From IMG/VR virus record IMGVR_UViG_3300031669_000034, positions 1-58,165 of that record: DNA of 58,165 nucleotides; one strand, given 5' to 3'. Source of the DNA: a virus. Lineage: Duplodnaviria; Caudoviricetes. The number at the start of each line of letters is the position of its first letter. Position 1 is the stretch's first letter. Below are positions 9,767-18,786 of the stretch, piece by piece. The notes beneath the pieces were generated by a model. That model saw nothing but the letters and a program-made list of their open reading frames with translations, was not told where the DNA came from and ran no database searches. A program made the position numbers and the translations under genes.

Positions 9767-10143
9767 AGATAAAAGCTGATTTTATAACCAACAGTTCATC
9801 TACCATGTTTGTAATTGAGATAGATAACAAGTTTCTTAGGAAGGATCTTGAAAAATTAATGAGCTTACATGTAGGAGAATCCTTAAGATTCTTCGATGAC
9901 AGAAGTAAATTAATTTCTTATACTCAACATCAACCTTGCGACTGGATAACCGAAATAACAGGAAGACCAATAGCAACTTGGAATATGGATTCTTGTTGTT
10001 TTGATGTTGCCTGTAATATATTAAAAGAAGGGAAATTTGTTATCTATCTTACTATGGAAAGAAACTATCCTGATCATATGGAAAGAGCATTGAGAATAAT
10101 TGAGGATAATGGTGGAATTATAAAACATAGGGATTATGATTAA
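9763..10143 (+). CDS. MKIKxDFVTNSSS-family protein 3
   Basis: MKIKADFITNSSSTMF. Confidence 0.75.
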   Translation: MKIKADFITNSSSTMFVIEIDNKFLRKDLEKLMSLHVGESLRFFDDRSKLISYTQHQPCDWITEITGRPIATWNMDSCCFDVACNILKEGKFVIYLTMERNYPDHMERALRIIEDNGGIIKHRDYD

Positions 10144-10796
10144 TGAAAATAAAAGCAGACTTTGTAACAAATAGCTCAAGCACGAGCTATACAATACAAT
10201 CGGTGGCCACAGGTCATATTGAGCCTTTGGGTAACTTAAAGAAATTAGAGACCCTGGCCAAAAAATTCAACTCTAAATATAATTTCATTTATGATGATTG
10301 TGCGCATTTTCAATATACTAAGGGGAATGCTGAATTAGAAAATGATCATCACACCATAAGTGTGAGTCTTTCGAATAAACGTATTTGGGGAAATATTACT
10401 ACCCCGACCACTATGAGAAATATTACTGTTTTACACATTTCTGTTGATAATCATCATGATTGGCATTACGACACCCTTGAATTAACAAAAGAAGTTATTG
10501 AAGAAGTATTTAGATTCTTCGATTTAAAGTCAAATTCAAACTTGAATTATGTTGCATTTCCTATTAGTTTTAAAGGAGATGGTTGGGATGGTGGGGATGC
10601 AAGTTGTGGCCCCCAAAGTAAATATGCATGGGTCAAAGATGTTTATGAGAATGAAAGTCGAATGGGTGTACTAACGATAATTGATAATAGGGTCATCCCA
10701 TATGTACTACCTCTAAAAGAAAATAGGTCATTCATGGAAGAGACAGCAAAATTCATAAATTCACAGGGGGTTTGTTTAGATGATAAGGATAGCTAA
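10143..10796 (+). CDS. MKIKxDFVTNSSS-family protein 4
   Basis: MKIKADFVTNSSSTSY. Confidence 0.75.
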   Translation: MKIKADFVTNSSSTSYTIQSVATGHIEPLGNLKKLETLAKKFNSKYNFIYDDCAHFQYTKGNAELENDHHTISVSLSNKRIWGNITTPTTMRNITVLHISVDNHHDWHYDTLELTKEVIEEVFRFFDLKSNSNLNYVAFPISFKGDGWDGGDASCGPQSKYAWVKDVYENESRMGVLTIIDNRVIPYVLPLKENRSFMEETAKFINSQGVCLDDKDS

Positions 10797-11829
10797 TTGG
10801 TTATTAACACGAAAATGCAATCTCAGGTGTGACTACTGCGCGATTGTAAAAAACTATGACGATAAACCTGGTAAATATCCTGATATGAAACATTATTATA
10901 AAAATGAAATGTCAACACATCAAGTTCTTGATGGACTCGATAAGTTGCAAACCCACAATCCAGAGATGTTTCATATCTTTTACGGGGGTGAACCCTTACT
11001 CAGAAAAGATCTACACGAAATCATAAGTCATTGTAATAAACAAAATATTTATTACACTATTATCTCGAATAATACCGAAGAGATAAGACCAATGATTTAT
11101 GACCTATGTGAGAAAGTCAAAGGAAAAATAAAAGGGTTCACCGCCTCCGTAGATCCAGTATTTCAGAATGAAATGGAATCTGGAAAAGATAGAGTCAAAA
11201 AAAGCGTACATGGTTTAGCTAATCTTGTGAATATGAAACAGTATGTAAACGATGTGGTTGCTGAGATTACAGCAATGAAACATAATTATATATACCTGTA
11301 CGATCTATTAAAAGAGCTGACCAAGTATGAAATAAACGGAGATATTACATTTATTGATATTTCTAAAAGCCCATACTATGATTTCTCAAATATTTCAGAT
11401 CCAAACTTGTTGGTGCATCAAACAGCACAGCTTGCGGATCAATTTAAGAAAATAAATAAAGATAAATCCCTAAATGTACACATGAAAGATGTACTGTTAA
11501 GAGGAATGTGGGATACACTTCCATCAAATATGAATTGTGAGATTGATAAACAATTACACAATATTTCAATTGATGCAGATGGAAGTATTCGTTTGTGTCT
11601 TAGAATAAGAGGGACTTTCACACCAGATACGGTAAATTTAAAAAATTTATTATATCAAGATGGGAAAATTTCTCCAATTGCACATGCTGCAATCAAAAGA
11701 GATAAAAAGGAGTATTGCAAATTGTGTAATCATACTTGTCATTTGATGAGTAAATATATAGAGGAAACAGAGTCCGGAGTAGATGATTTAGTTCATACGG
11801 ACGTAAGGGAGGGAACAATAAATGGTTGA
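10780..11829 (+). CDS. Radical SAM enzyme with C-terminal Cys cluster (SPASM/twitch-like)
   Basis: CNLRCDYC, GGEPLL, C...IDADGSIRLC...CKLCNHTC. Confidence 0.88.
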   Translation: MIRIANWLLTRKCNLRCDYCAIVKNYDDKPGKYPDMKHYYKNEMSTHQVLDGLDKLQTHNPEMFHIFYGGEPLLRKDLHEIISHCNKQNIYYTIISNNTEEIRPMIYDLCEKVKGKIKGFTASVDPVFQNEMESGKDRVKKSVHGLANLVNMKQYVNDVVAEITAMKHNYIYLYDLLKELTKYEINGDITFIDISKSPYYDFSNISDPNLLVHQTAQLADQFKKINKDKSLNVHMKDVLLRGMWDTLPSNMNCEIDKQLHNISIDADGSIRLCLRIRGTFTPDTVNLKNLLYQDGKISPIAHAAIKRDKKEYCKLCNHTCHLMSKYIEETESGVDDLVHTDVREGTING

Positions 11830-12175
11830 ACAAATAGATAGTGACGTCATTGTTAGTGCTGTTCAATTCTGGCAAAAAGTCTATACAGAAAAAATTGTTA
11901 AAATAAGATTTACAAAAAAAGATGGAAATGACAGAATAATGAGTGCAACTCTCGACTTCACAAAGATTCCCAAAGAAGATCATCCAAAAACTGTCAACAT
12001 TCAGAAGATTCTTTCTCTTATTCAAAAGAATCAAATCATGCACGTCTATGATTTAGATGCAAAAGGATGGAGATCGGTTCCATTTAACAGAGTAGAGTAT
12101 CTTCAAACATTAAAAGGAAAACGATTCTATGTCCAAAGTAAGAAAAAGGAAATGGAAAGTTTGACAAAGGAGTAA
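11822..12175 (+). CDS. WYL_2/Sm-like SH3 beta-barrel phage protein (DUF2693-like)
   Basis: FTKKDGxxRxMxATL...VYDLDAKGWRS pattern. Confidence 0.7.
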   Translation: MVEQIDSDVIVSAVQFWQKVYTEKIVKIRFTKKDGNDRIMSATLDFTKIPKEDHPKTVNIQKILSLIQKNQIMHVYDLDAKGWRSVPFNRVEYLQTLKGKRFYVQSKKKEMESLTKE

Positions 12176-12183
12176 GATAAGAA

Positions 12184-12567
12184 ATGACAATTCTTTCAGA
12201 CATTATTAAAGAACTCGGTACAGATAAACTTTCCGAGCAAGTTCATATGATTTGTAAAAAAATAAAAGATGAGGAAACAGAATCATTTGAATATATACAA
12301 TACGCCTCCGAAGGACCAAATATATTTCTTACTCTTGAAGTTCCGGGAAGAAATAAAAAAGAGGTTGGATTCATATCTTTAGAAAGAGAATCAGATGAAG
12401 TTTATTTATCTATATATTCAACTTTATTTCTAATAGATATAAAAAATGTAGAGCCAAAGGATGCTGCTCCACCAAAAAGACAAAGAGTTTGGGAAATCAA
12501 AGATCATCGAGCAGAGAAAATTTTAACAGAGTTTGCTAAACACGTGAAATATTTACGAGGTGAATAA
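12184..12567 (+). CDS. Hypothetical protein
   Basis: 127-aa ORF with AAGGAG upstream, abutting the next gene. Confidence 0.65.
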   Translation: MTILSDIIKELGTDKLSEQVHMICKKIKDEETESFEYIQYASEGPNIFLTLEVPGRNKKEVGFISLERESDEVYLSIYSTLFLIDIKNVEPKDAAPPKRQRVWEIKDHRAEKILTEFAKHVKYLRGE

Positions 12568-15174
12568 ATGCGCCCTGATTTGGTAGAAGAAATTAGAATC
12601 AATCCGAAGTATACGCAATACTTTTTATCTGAATTTGATAAAGATAAAGAAGAAGGAGATCCCAAAATTATCAAACGGACAATGTTTACAGCAGATTATC
12701 TTAGAAAACTGGGATCCCACTCAACTCTTGCTATGTTACCGCCAAATTGTCGATATATTGAAAGAACAGGAACCGGTGGTTATATAACAGTAATTGAAGA
12801 ACCTCCTGCTATGAGAACTATAAGCATTAGCAGAGATTTCTGGACAGAGAAAAATGAACTAGTGGAACAAGGAAAATGGGTGGAGTATGGATATAAAGGA
12901 TACAACGTTGACTTAAATATCCATAAGTTTAGTTTAGCATTTCCGTATGTAATCTTTATACTGGTGTTCGATAGGAGATTTTATCTATTAGAAGGAATGG
13001 TTTTTATGAGAATTCAACAGCTCATTGGAATGTCTGATTATTTATTAAAAACTCCTCTAAGCAATATATCCAGCGACCAAAGAATATGTTTTGGAGAGCA
13101 TGCAAATAACGGCGGGGCTAAACATTCTTTAAATCATGCGGTCCAAAATGCTATCATGGTTTTCTGGTCGGCTCATTTTAATACTGATTATACGTATAAC
13201 TGTTCAGATTATAAGAAAAAAGGTTCAGTATTTTCTAATATGTTAAAGTGGCAATATTATTCTAATACCAATCCAATGTTCATCTATGATGCTGACTGGA
13301 TTCGAATAGAAAGAACTTTTGGAGAATATATAAACTATACAAAGTGTAAAGAGTATGTAGGAGGAACTTATGCTGGAATGGATTATAAGGATGTTACTAA
13401 TTCTATTTTCTCTCAGGAAGATTCTGGAGTTGATATAAAAATCACACCGAGGGGATCCAGAAAGGCTAGACTGTTCTATGATGTTGCAAATGGAATCACT
13501 ATTGGGGATTACTTTATACATCAGGGGGATCCATTCCAATATAAAAATGGGGATATAGTATATATTGAATCTTTCGCCGGTTTTCAGGATGGGGGTCGTA
13601 TTCACTACATACAAGTTGACAAAAATGGGAAGAAGATTGTCATGAAGTTAACTTCAAAACTTCAAAACTATATTGCTGTATCAAATAAAGCATTAAGATA
13701 CGTATCAGAAGTAATTCTTCCTAATAAGACCAAAGTTAAAAGTGGCGATATTCTTATTGTTGAAGATAAGAATGGAACTTTTTATGCAAAAGTTGACTTC
13801 ATAAGGAATGCACGTGATGGGTCGATAGAAATAAAAATTGGATCTGATTATTATTTAGCTGATAAACTTAATGCTACCTTATTTAATATAACAGATCCAG
13901 AAGTTGATGGAATTAAGCTACAAAAGGGTAAAGAATATTTGATTATAACAGATCCGAGAGGAGGGTCAGTTCTGTCATCCGGAGACATATTAAAATATAC
14001 AGGAGTTTCAGTATCTGGGTCAACTAATATCAAATTTGATTTTCTTGGTGAGCGATATAGAGACTTAATCGGACCTATTACTTTTTCTTTACAGGTTAAT
14101 ACAACGCAAAAAGCTCCAAGAATTTATGAGCTCGATGCAGTTAGAGAGTTCGATGGGAGTTTTAGACTCGGAAAAAGTATATTCTGTATGACATCATCTC
14201 ATAACGCTAGGAGTTCAGGAATAACATATCCTGTAGCATGGGAACTTGCAGATGGTAATGGAGCTGTTTTTAATTCTTACTTTAGACTTGACAAACCAAC
14301 AACTCTTAATAGTCTCGTAAAAGATGACAGATTCTTCTTGCCAGGTATTCATTATGATATAGATTTTAGAGTCGGCGATAAGGTTGTTGTTGCTAACTGG
14401 GGAACTCCAACTGAGATGTTAAAGATTAAAGAGATCGCAGGATTTTCTTTTGTTAACAACGAAAGTAGTAAACGTGATGATCTATATTTTATTTTAACCG
14501 ATAGGGAAGGAAAACTATCCAAACACAAATATATTGATGGATATAAGTCAGTATGTCATATAGGAAGTGTCAGAAAAATAACGAACAGATTTAACGGAGT
14601 TTCAGCAGGTACTAAAATAATTTCTGATACAGCAGGTATTTACGGATTTCCAAAGAAAGATGTAAATATTATTATAGGATTTATTACTGATACGGGTGGA
14701 GATGATCCTCTTGTTCTTTGCTCAAATTGCCAAACCCTTTGGTTTAGTGATATTATTGCAAACTTTAAACGAGTAAGTGTGAAATCTGCAAAATGGAAAA
14801 CTCTCAGTCATTCGCCTATCGACTTGAGTAAAATCAAACCTCAAGCCGGAGATATTATCAACGGTACAGATAAATACAGAATGAATGAGGGGTATATGAT
14901 GGCCCATATGCCTGAATACTCAAATGTTAGAGCGACAATTCTATCATACTATACTGGTTATCCCGAAGCTTATGGAATGGATAGACAATTTAGTAAAGAG
15001 TATATCTATAACTGTATTCCAAATCCAAGGCTCTCTCCGAGTCAACTTAAAGAATTTGGAACGATTAGAGGGTTCTCTAACTTTCACGGACTCTTCTTTG
15101 CTAGCCAAAAATCAGGTGTAAGATTTATCAACCAACCAGGGAGGATTATAAATGTTTCCAGTAGTGCTGAATGA
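12568..15174 (+). CDS. Large protein with N-terminal Prok-E2_D-like domain and beta-rich (SH3/KOW-like) C-terminal repeats
   Basis: FSLAFPYVIF...LLKTPLSNISSDQRICFG...FWSAHFNTDY; later repeated I/V-x-x-GD motifs (IHQGD, VKSGD, FRVGD, PQAGD); overlaps the JAB gene. Confidence 0.65.
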   Translation: MRPDLVEEIRINPKYTQYFLSEFDKDKEEGDPKIIKRTMFTADYLRKLGSHSTLAMLPPNCRYIERTGTGGYITVIEEPPAMRTISISRDFWTEKNELVEQGKWVEYGYKGYNVDLNIHKFSLAFPYVIFILVFDRRFYLLEGMVFMRIQQLIGMSDYLLKTPLSNISSDQRICFGEHANNGGAKHSLNHAVQNAIMVFWSAHFNTDYTYNCSDYKKKGSVFSNMLKWQYYSNTNPMFIYDADWIRIERTFGEYINYTKCKEYVGGTYAGMDYKDVTNSIFSQEDSGVDIKITPRGSRKARLFYDVANGITIGDYFIHQGDPFQYKNGDIVYIESFAGFQDGGRIHYIQVDKNGKKIVMKLTSKLQNYIAVSNKALRYVSEVILPNKTKVKSGDILIVEDKNGTFYAKVDFIRNARDGSIEIKIGSDYYLADKLNATLFNITDPEVDGIKLQKGKEYLIITDPRGGSVLSSGDILKYTGVSVSGSTNIKFDFLGERYRDLIGPITFSLQVNTTQKAPRIYELDAVREFDGSFRLGKSIFCMTSSHNARSSGITYPVAWELADGNGAVFNSYFRLDKPTTLNSLVKDDRFFLPGIHYDIDFRVGDKVVVANWGTPTEMLKIKEIAGFSFVNNESSKRDDLYFILTDREGKLSKHKYIDGYKSVCHIGSVRKITNRFNGVSAGTKIISDTAGIYGFPKKDVNIIIGFITDTGGDDPLVLCSNCQTLWFSDIIANFKRVSVKSAKWKTLSHSPIDLSKIKPQAGDIINGTDKYRMNEGYMMAHMPEYSNVRATILSYYTGYPEAYGMDRQFSKEYIYNCIPNPRLSPSQLKEFGTIRGFSNFHGLFFASQKSGVRFINQPGRIINVSSSAE

Positions 15175-16945
15175 TGGGCAAAATGAAATGCCCAAAGATG
15201 ATATTTATTATGTTATTGCGAAAGAGGGAGTTTATCTTAAGAAGAAATTGGGGGTTATGGAAAGTCTTGCTCCAGTAAAACAGATCTCAACTCTTCAAAG
15301 CATTACAGCTACGGCCACAATGCATATTGAAAAAATTCCTGGTCCTAAATTTGCAAAGATTATCGAGTTCTTTAGAGAAGTTTATAAAGAATACTATGGA
15401 GAAGCAATTGTCCTATTATTTTATGACGAAGAGAAAAAGACCTATTTTATCATGCCTCCACATCAAAAAGTATCAGGCGGATCATGCGATTACAACAGAG
15501 GTATAACCGTAGATGGTTATACTATGATTGGTACAATTCATAGTCATGCCGCAATGTCTGCATTTCATTCTGGAGTTGACGATAAAGATGAGGAAGGGTT
15601 TGACGGACTTCATATTACAATTGGAAATGTGAGGGACGAAGAAGTCAGTATTTCAGCATCAATTGTTGCTAATGGTCATCGGATAATGGTTGATCCGAGA
15701 GATTATGTTGAACAACTGCAACTAACTCAAGACATTGATGAAGATACTACCGGGGCAACTACTAAAGTCTATGAATGGAAAGATGGTAAACTACAAGAGA
15801 ATCTAAAGAAAACGAATCGTTATGCTTACAATTATCGAAGATTTGATAAGCGCTATGTAGTAACAGTAACTGACCACCAAAAACGATTTAATCAGAAATG
15901 GATGAAGGTGGTTGAAAAAGGGCACTACGTTCACAAAGGTTGGAATCGTGGAGTTGGGCGTGGATATGGAGCAGACTGGTATACTGGCAATGGATGGGGG
16001 TATGGATTTGATGCAGACGCATGGAATCAAATGAATCAAGGATTTCAAAGAAGACTTCCAGGTTCATTTGTCGTCCATGGAAAACCAGATCCGAGAAACG
16101 TTGGACCGTACAAAACACAAGGCATAGTCTTTCCTCCTCATAAAGATGAAGATGAAGATGTAAATCATTGTCAGAATTGTGTGCATAGAGATGACAAGTT
16201 GGGTTGGGCTCTTGAGCAATTCACAGAGGAAGCAGAAGATGAACCGGATGAAGAAGATGTGATTGATAATTTTGCATCTCGGGATGATTATGACAAAATG
16301 TTTATGGATGGTAATATTGCATGCCAGAATTGTTTTGAAACTTATCACGGTCCATCCTATCAAGCATGCCCAACGTGTGGTGCACCAAATATTTCTAAGA
16401 TGAAAGCATCACAAGATCCTATAGCAGGTCAAAGATTTAGTTGCCCAACTTGTACAAACGAGTTCGATCATGAGGGAGAAGATGAATGCCCTTTTTGCCA
16501 CACAGAACTAGACTTTACCGAGTTCAGAGAAGCCGCATTAGTAGAAGACAAATCAGACGAAGAGGGAGAACCTTCGATCGGAAAAGATATTGAACCCGGA
16601 AAATGGTATATATGTAACCTTTGTACCACTATATTTGAAGCTAAATCTGTTATAAATGATTGCCATTGCCCGAGTTGTGGCAAATATATGTTGGAAGAGT
16701 ACAATTGTACTCAATATAATATAGAGGATGAAAGAACATCAATTGCCGATAAAGATTCCGGTAAATTGATGGAGGATTCTAAACGCGACATTCTTCTGTT
16801 AGCCGCTGAAGCCGATAAATATCTAGAAAGAATCCCTGATCCACAAAAACTCGAAACTCCTTTATCAACGCGTGTTCAAAAAACATCTCGTATGTCTATC
16901 AAAGAGATGTTCAAAAGGACATTTGGGAAGGAGAGAACTAAATGA
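15152..16945 (+). CDS. JAB/MPN+ metalloprotease (deubiquitinase-like) with C-terminal zinc ribbons
   Basis: GEAIVLL...IGTIHSHAAMSAFHSGVDD = E...HxH-x7-S-x2-D JAMM motif; seven CxxC motifs in the acidic C-terminal half. Confidence 0.85.
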   Translation: MFPVVLNDGQNEMPKDDIYYVIAKEGVYLKKKLGVMESLAPVKQISTLQSITATATMHIEKIPGPKFAKIIEFFREVYKEYYGEAIVLLFYDEEKKTYFIMPPHQKVSGGSCDYNRGITVDGYTMIGTIHSHAAMSAFHSGVDDKDEEGFDGLHITIGNVRDEEVSISASIVANGHRIMVDPRDYVEQLQLTQDIDEDTTGATTKVYEWKDGKLQENLKKTNRYAYNYRRFDKRYVVTVTDHQKRFNQKWMKVVEKGHYVHKGWNRGVGRGYGADWYTGNGWGYGFDADAWNQMNQGFQRRLPGSFVVHGKPDPRNVGPYKTQGIVFPPHKDEDEDVNHCQNCVHRDDKLGWALEQFTEEAEDEPDEEDVIDNFASRDDYDKMFMDGNIACQNCFETYHGPSYQACPTCGAPNISKMKASQDPIAGQRFSCPTCTNEFDHEGEDECPFCHTELDFTEFREAALVEDKSDEEGEPSIGKDIEPGKWYICNLCTTIFEAKSVINDCHCPSCGKYMLEEYNCTQYNIEDERTSIADKDSGKLMEDSKRDILLLAAEADKYLERIPDPQKLETPLSTRVQKTSRMSIKEMFKRTFGKERTK

Positions 16946-17643
16946 ATAAACTATCTATTGTTGTAGTGGGCCTCGGTGGTGTAGGTTCTATTTTAATAGA
17001 ACGTCTCGGTCGCTTTCTGAATTATGGCGATTATGAAGCAAATATGCTTCTAGTAGACGGTGATGAATACGAGGTCAAAAACTATCAAAGGCAAGAGTTC
17101 AATCAAATGGGGAATAAATCTGACGTGAAAGCAACTGAGCTACAAATAAAATTTCCTAAAATTGTGTTGGACTCGTATGATGCCTATGTAAACGAAACAA
17201 ATACTGCTGAGATCATCAGAGAGGGAGACATAGTTTTTCTCTGTGTTGATAATCACAAAACCAGAAACATCATATCCAATTATTGTATGCAATTAAAAGA
17301 TATTACTTTGATTTCTGGTGGGAATGAGTTGACAGATGGAAATGTGCAAATTTATATCAGACAAGGAGGTGTAGACTTAACACCTGATCTCTGTGCATAC
17401 CATCCTGAAATTGCCAATCCCGAAGATAAGTTACCCGAAGAATTGTCATGTGAAGAAAGAGCCAATGCAGATCCTCAGTTGTATTTCTGTAATCTTGGCG
17501 TAGCTACGTTAATGTGTTGGGCCTTTTACAAATCAATCATAAAAGGTCAGATTGATCAGCAGTCTGAAGTATATTTCGATATTCTTCAAATGTCTGCCAA
17601 TGCACAAACTCGAATTGTAAAAACTAAAGAAGGAGAAAGCTAA
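16942..17643 (+). CDS. ThiF/E1-like adenylyltransferase (PRTRC ThiF-like)
   Basis: VVVGLGGVGS, DGDEYEVKNYQRQ, K, CVDN, LSCEE (candidate catalytic Cys). Confidence 0.88.
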   Translation: MNKLSIVVVGLGGVGSILIERLGRFLNYGDYEANMLLVDGDEYEVKNYQRQEFNQMGNKSDVKATELQIKFPKIVLDSYDAYVNETNTAEIIREGDIVFLCVDNHKTRNIISNYCMQLKDITLISGGNELTDGNVQIYIRQGGVDLTPDLCAYHPEIANPEDKLPEELSCEERANADPQLYFCNLGVATLMCWAFYKSIIKGQIDQQSEVYFDILQMSANAQTRIVKTKEGES

Positions 17644-17645
17644 AA

Positions 17646-18125
17646 ATGGTACGTAGAAAAACTTATACAAGAGATCAATTGGAAGCAATGAATGCTAAAG
17701 ACCTCAAAAGTATGGCATTTCATTCACTAGGACTCAGCGGGCTGAGCAAGAAACCCAAAGATGTTGTTGTAGATGCAGTCATTGCCTATCAAGACGGTGG
17801 TAAAGCATCTATCGCACCAGGAAAGGCAGCATCTTCCGGCCCCATTACCGGACTGAACTTCACTGGTCAAAGCAGCCTAACCAATCCAGGCGCTTCATTC
17901 GGTAACAAAACCACAACCACCATTCAAGTATCATGTGGTGCATCTTCAGGAGCCTTTCCGGTTCAGGGAAAAACTGTTCGTGAAGTCGGTGAGTTTTTGA
18001 GAGAAGTTCTCAATGTGAGTCAACTTTCAACCGGTTTGGTAAATGGAAAAGAAGTCGACTCCGGTTATATTTTGAAATCCGGTGATCGTCTTGAATTCCT
18101 GAAACCAGCAGGGCGTAAGGGATAG
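17646..18125 (+). CDS. Ubiquitin-like protein with N-terminal Rho-N/HeH-like domain
   Basis: C-terminal beta-grasp pattern VNGKEV...YILKSGDRLEFLKPAGRKG*; N-terminal LEAMNAKDLKSMA..LGLSGLSKKPKDVVVDAV. Confidence 0.78.
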   Translation: MVRRKTYTRDQLEAMNAKDLKSMAFHSLGLSGLSKKPKDVVVDAVIAYQDGGKASIAPGKAASSGPITGLNFTGQSSLTNPGASFGNKTTTTIQVSCGASSGAFPVQGKTVREVGEFLREVLNVSQLSTGLVNGKEVDSGYILKSGDRLEFLKPAGRKG

Positions 18126-18138
18126 ACTATGCTTACGA

Positions 18139-18162
18139 TGGGAGCCTCATATGGGGCTCCCA
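18139..18162 (+). terminator. GC-rich hairpin after the Ubl gene (terminator or processing stem)
   Basis: TGGGAGCCTC-ATAT-GGGGCTCCCA inverted repeat; no strong U-tract. Confidence 0.5.
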
Positions 18163-18185
18163 ACTTCAATCTAAGGGGTTTAATA

Positions 18186-18722
18186 ATGAACGAAAATATT
18201 GAAAAATTATTTAATGAAAATGGCATAGATAAAGTTGCGTTTTACTATAAAAGTACTCCCTTAGTTGACAATGCATATACTACTTGCATACTTGTCAATA
18301 CAGAAAAGGGACGGATTGAATCAAGGGGTATCGCCATATGCTCCATGCGAGATACGTTCAACAAAAACAAGGGTAAAAATAAAGCGTTTGGAAGAGCTAT
18401 TGAAGCTGTGGTACGAAAGATTAATTCTGGAAAAATTAACCCTTGTGGGCGTGATTGCGAAGGAGTACGCAGACAATTCAAAATCAAAACCGAACAGGAT
18501 CAAACAAAGTTTGAAAGCGCCATTACTGAGCTTAATACTTTGCATCCTGAATTGGAAGTTGTAATTATTAATGATGGTTCTAAGAACCATACAAAATATT
18601 GTTTGAATATTCCAGCAAGCTATCCAATCCGAGTTGCCAATAAAGACTTTAAATATAAGTCTCAGTTTAGGCCAAACCCAGCCGGAAGTGAAGAATCGAA
18701 ACTATTAGACAAGGGTATATAA
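18186..18722 (+). CDS. Hypothetical phage protein with GxAxCSxxDxFxKxxGxxxAxxRA motif
   Basis: Start re-assigned to ATG 18186, after AAGGGG. Confidence 0.65.
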   Translation: MNENIEKLFNENGIDKVAFYYKSTPLVDNAYTTCILVNTEKGRIESRGIAICSMRDTFNKNKGKNKAFGRAIEAVVRKINSGKINPCGRDCEGVRRQFKIKTEQDQTKFESAITELNTLHPELEVVIINDGSKNHTKYCLNIPASYPIRVANKDFKYKSQFRPNPAGSEESKLLDKGI

Positions 18723-18735
18723 GGCAAGGCAAAAA

Positions 18736-18759
18736 GGGAGGAGAGGTAACTTTCCTCCC
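18736..18759. terminator. Intergenic hairpin with GTAA tetraloop
   Basis: GGGAGGAGAG-GTAA-CTTTCCTCCC preceded by an A-run (a U-tract on the minus strand). Confidence 0.5.
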
Positions 18760-18786
18760 AATAACTCGAAAGGAGACTAGCCAAAC

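Noticed and set aside
10780-11829. Radical SAM as QueE completing the preQ0 pathway
   Set aside because: Lacks the QueE N-terminal F.SIQGEG and CDT motifs, is longer, and has extra C-terminal cysteines; the same applies to 50736..51755
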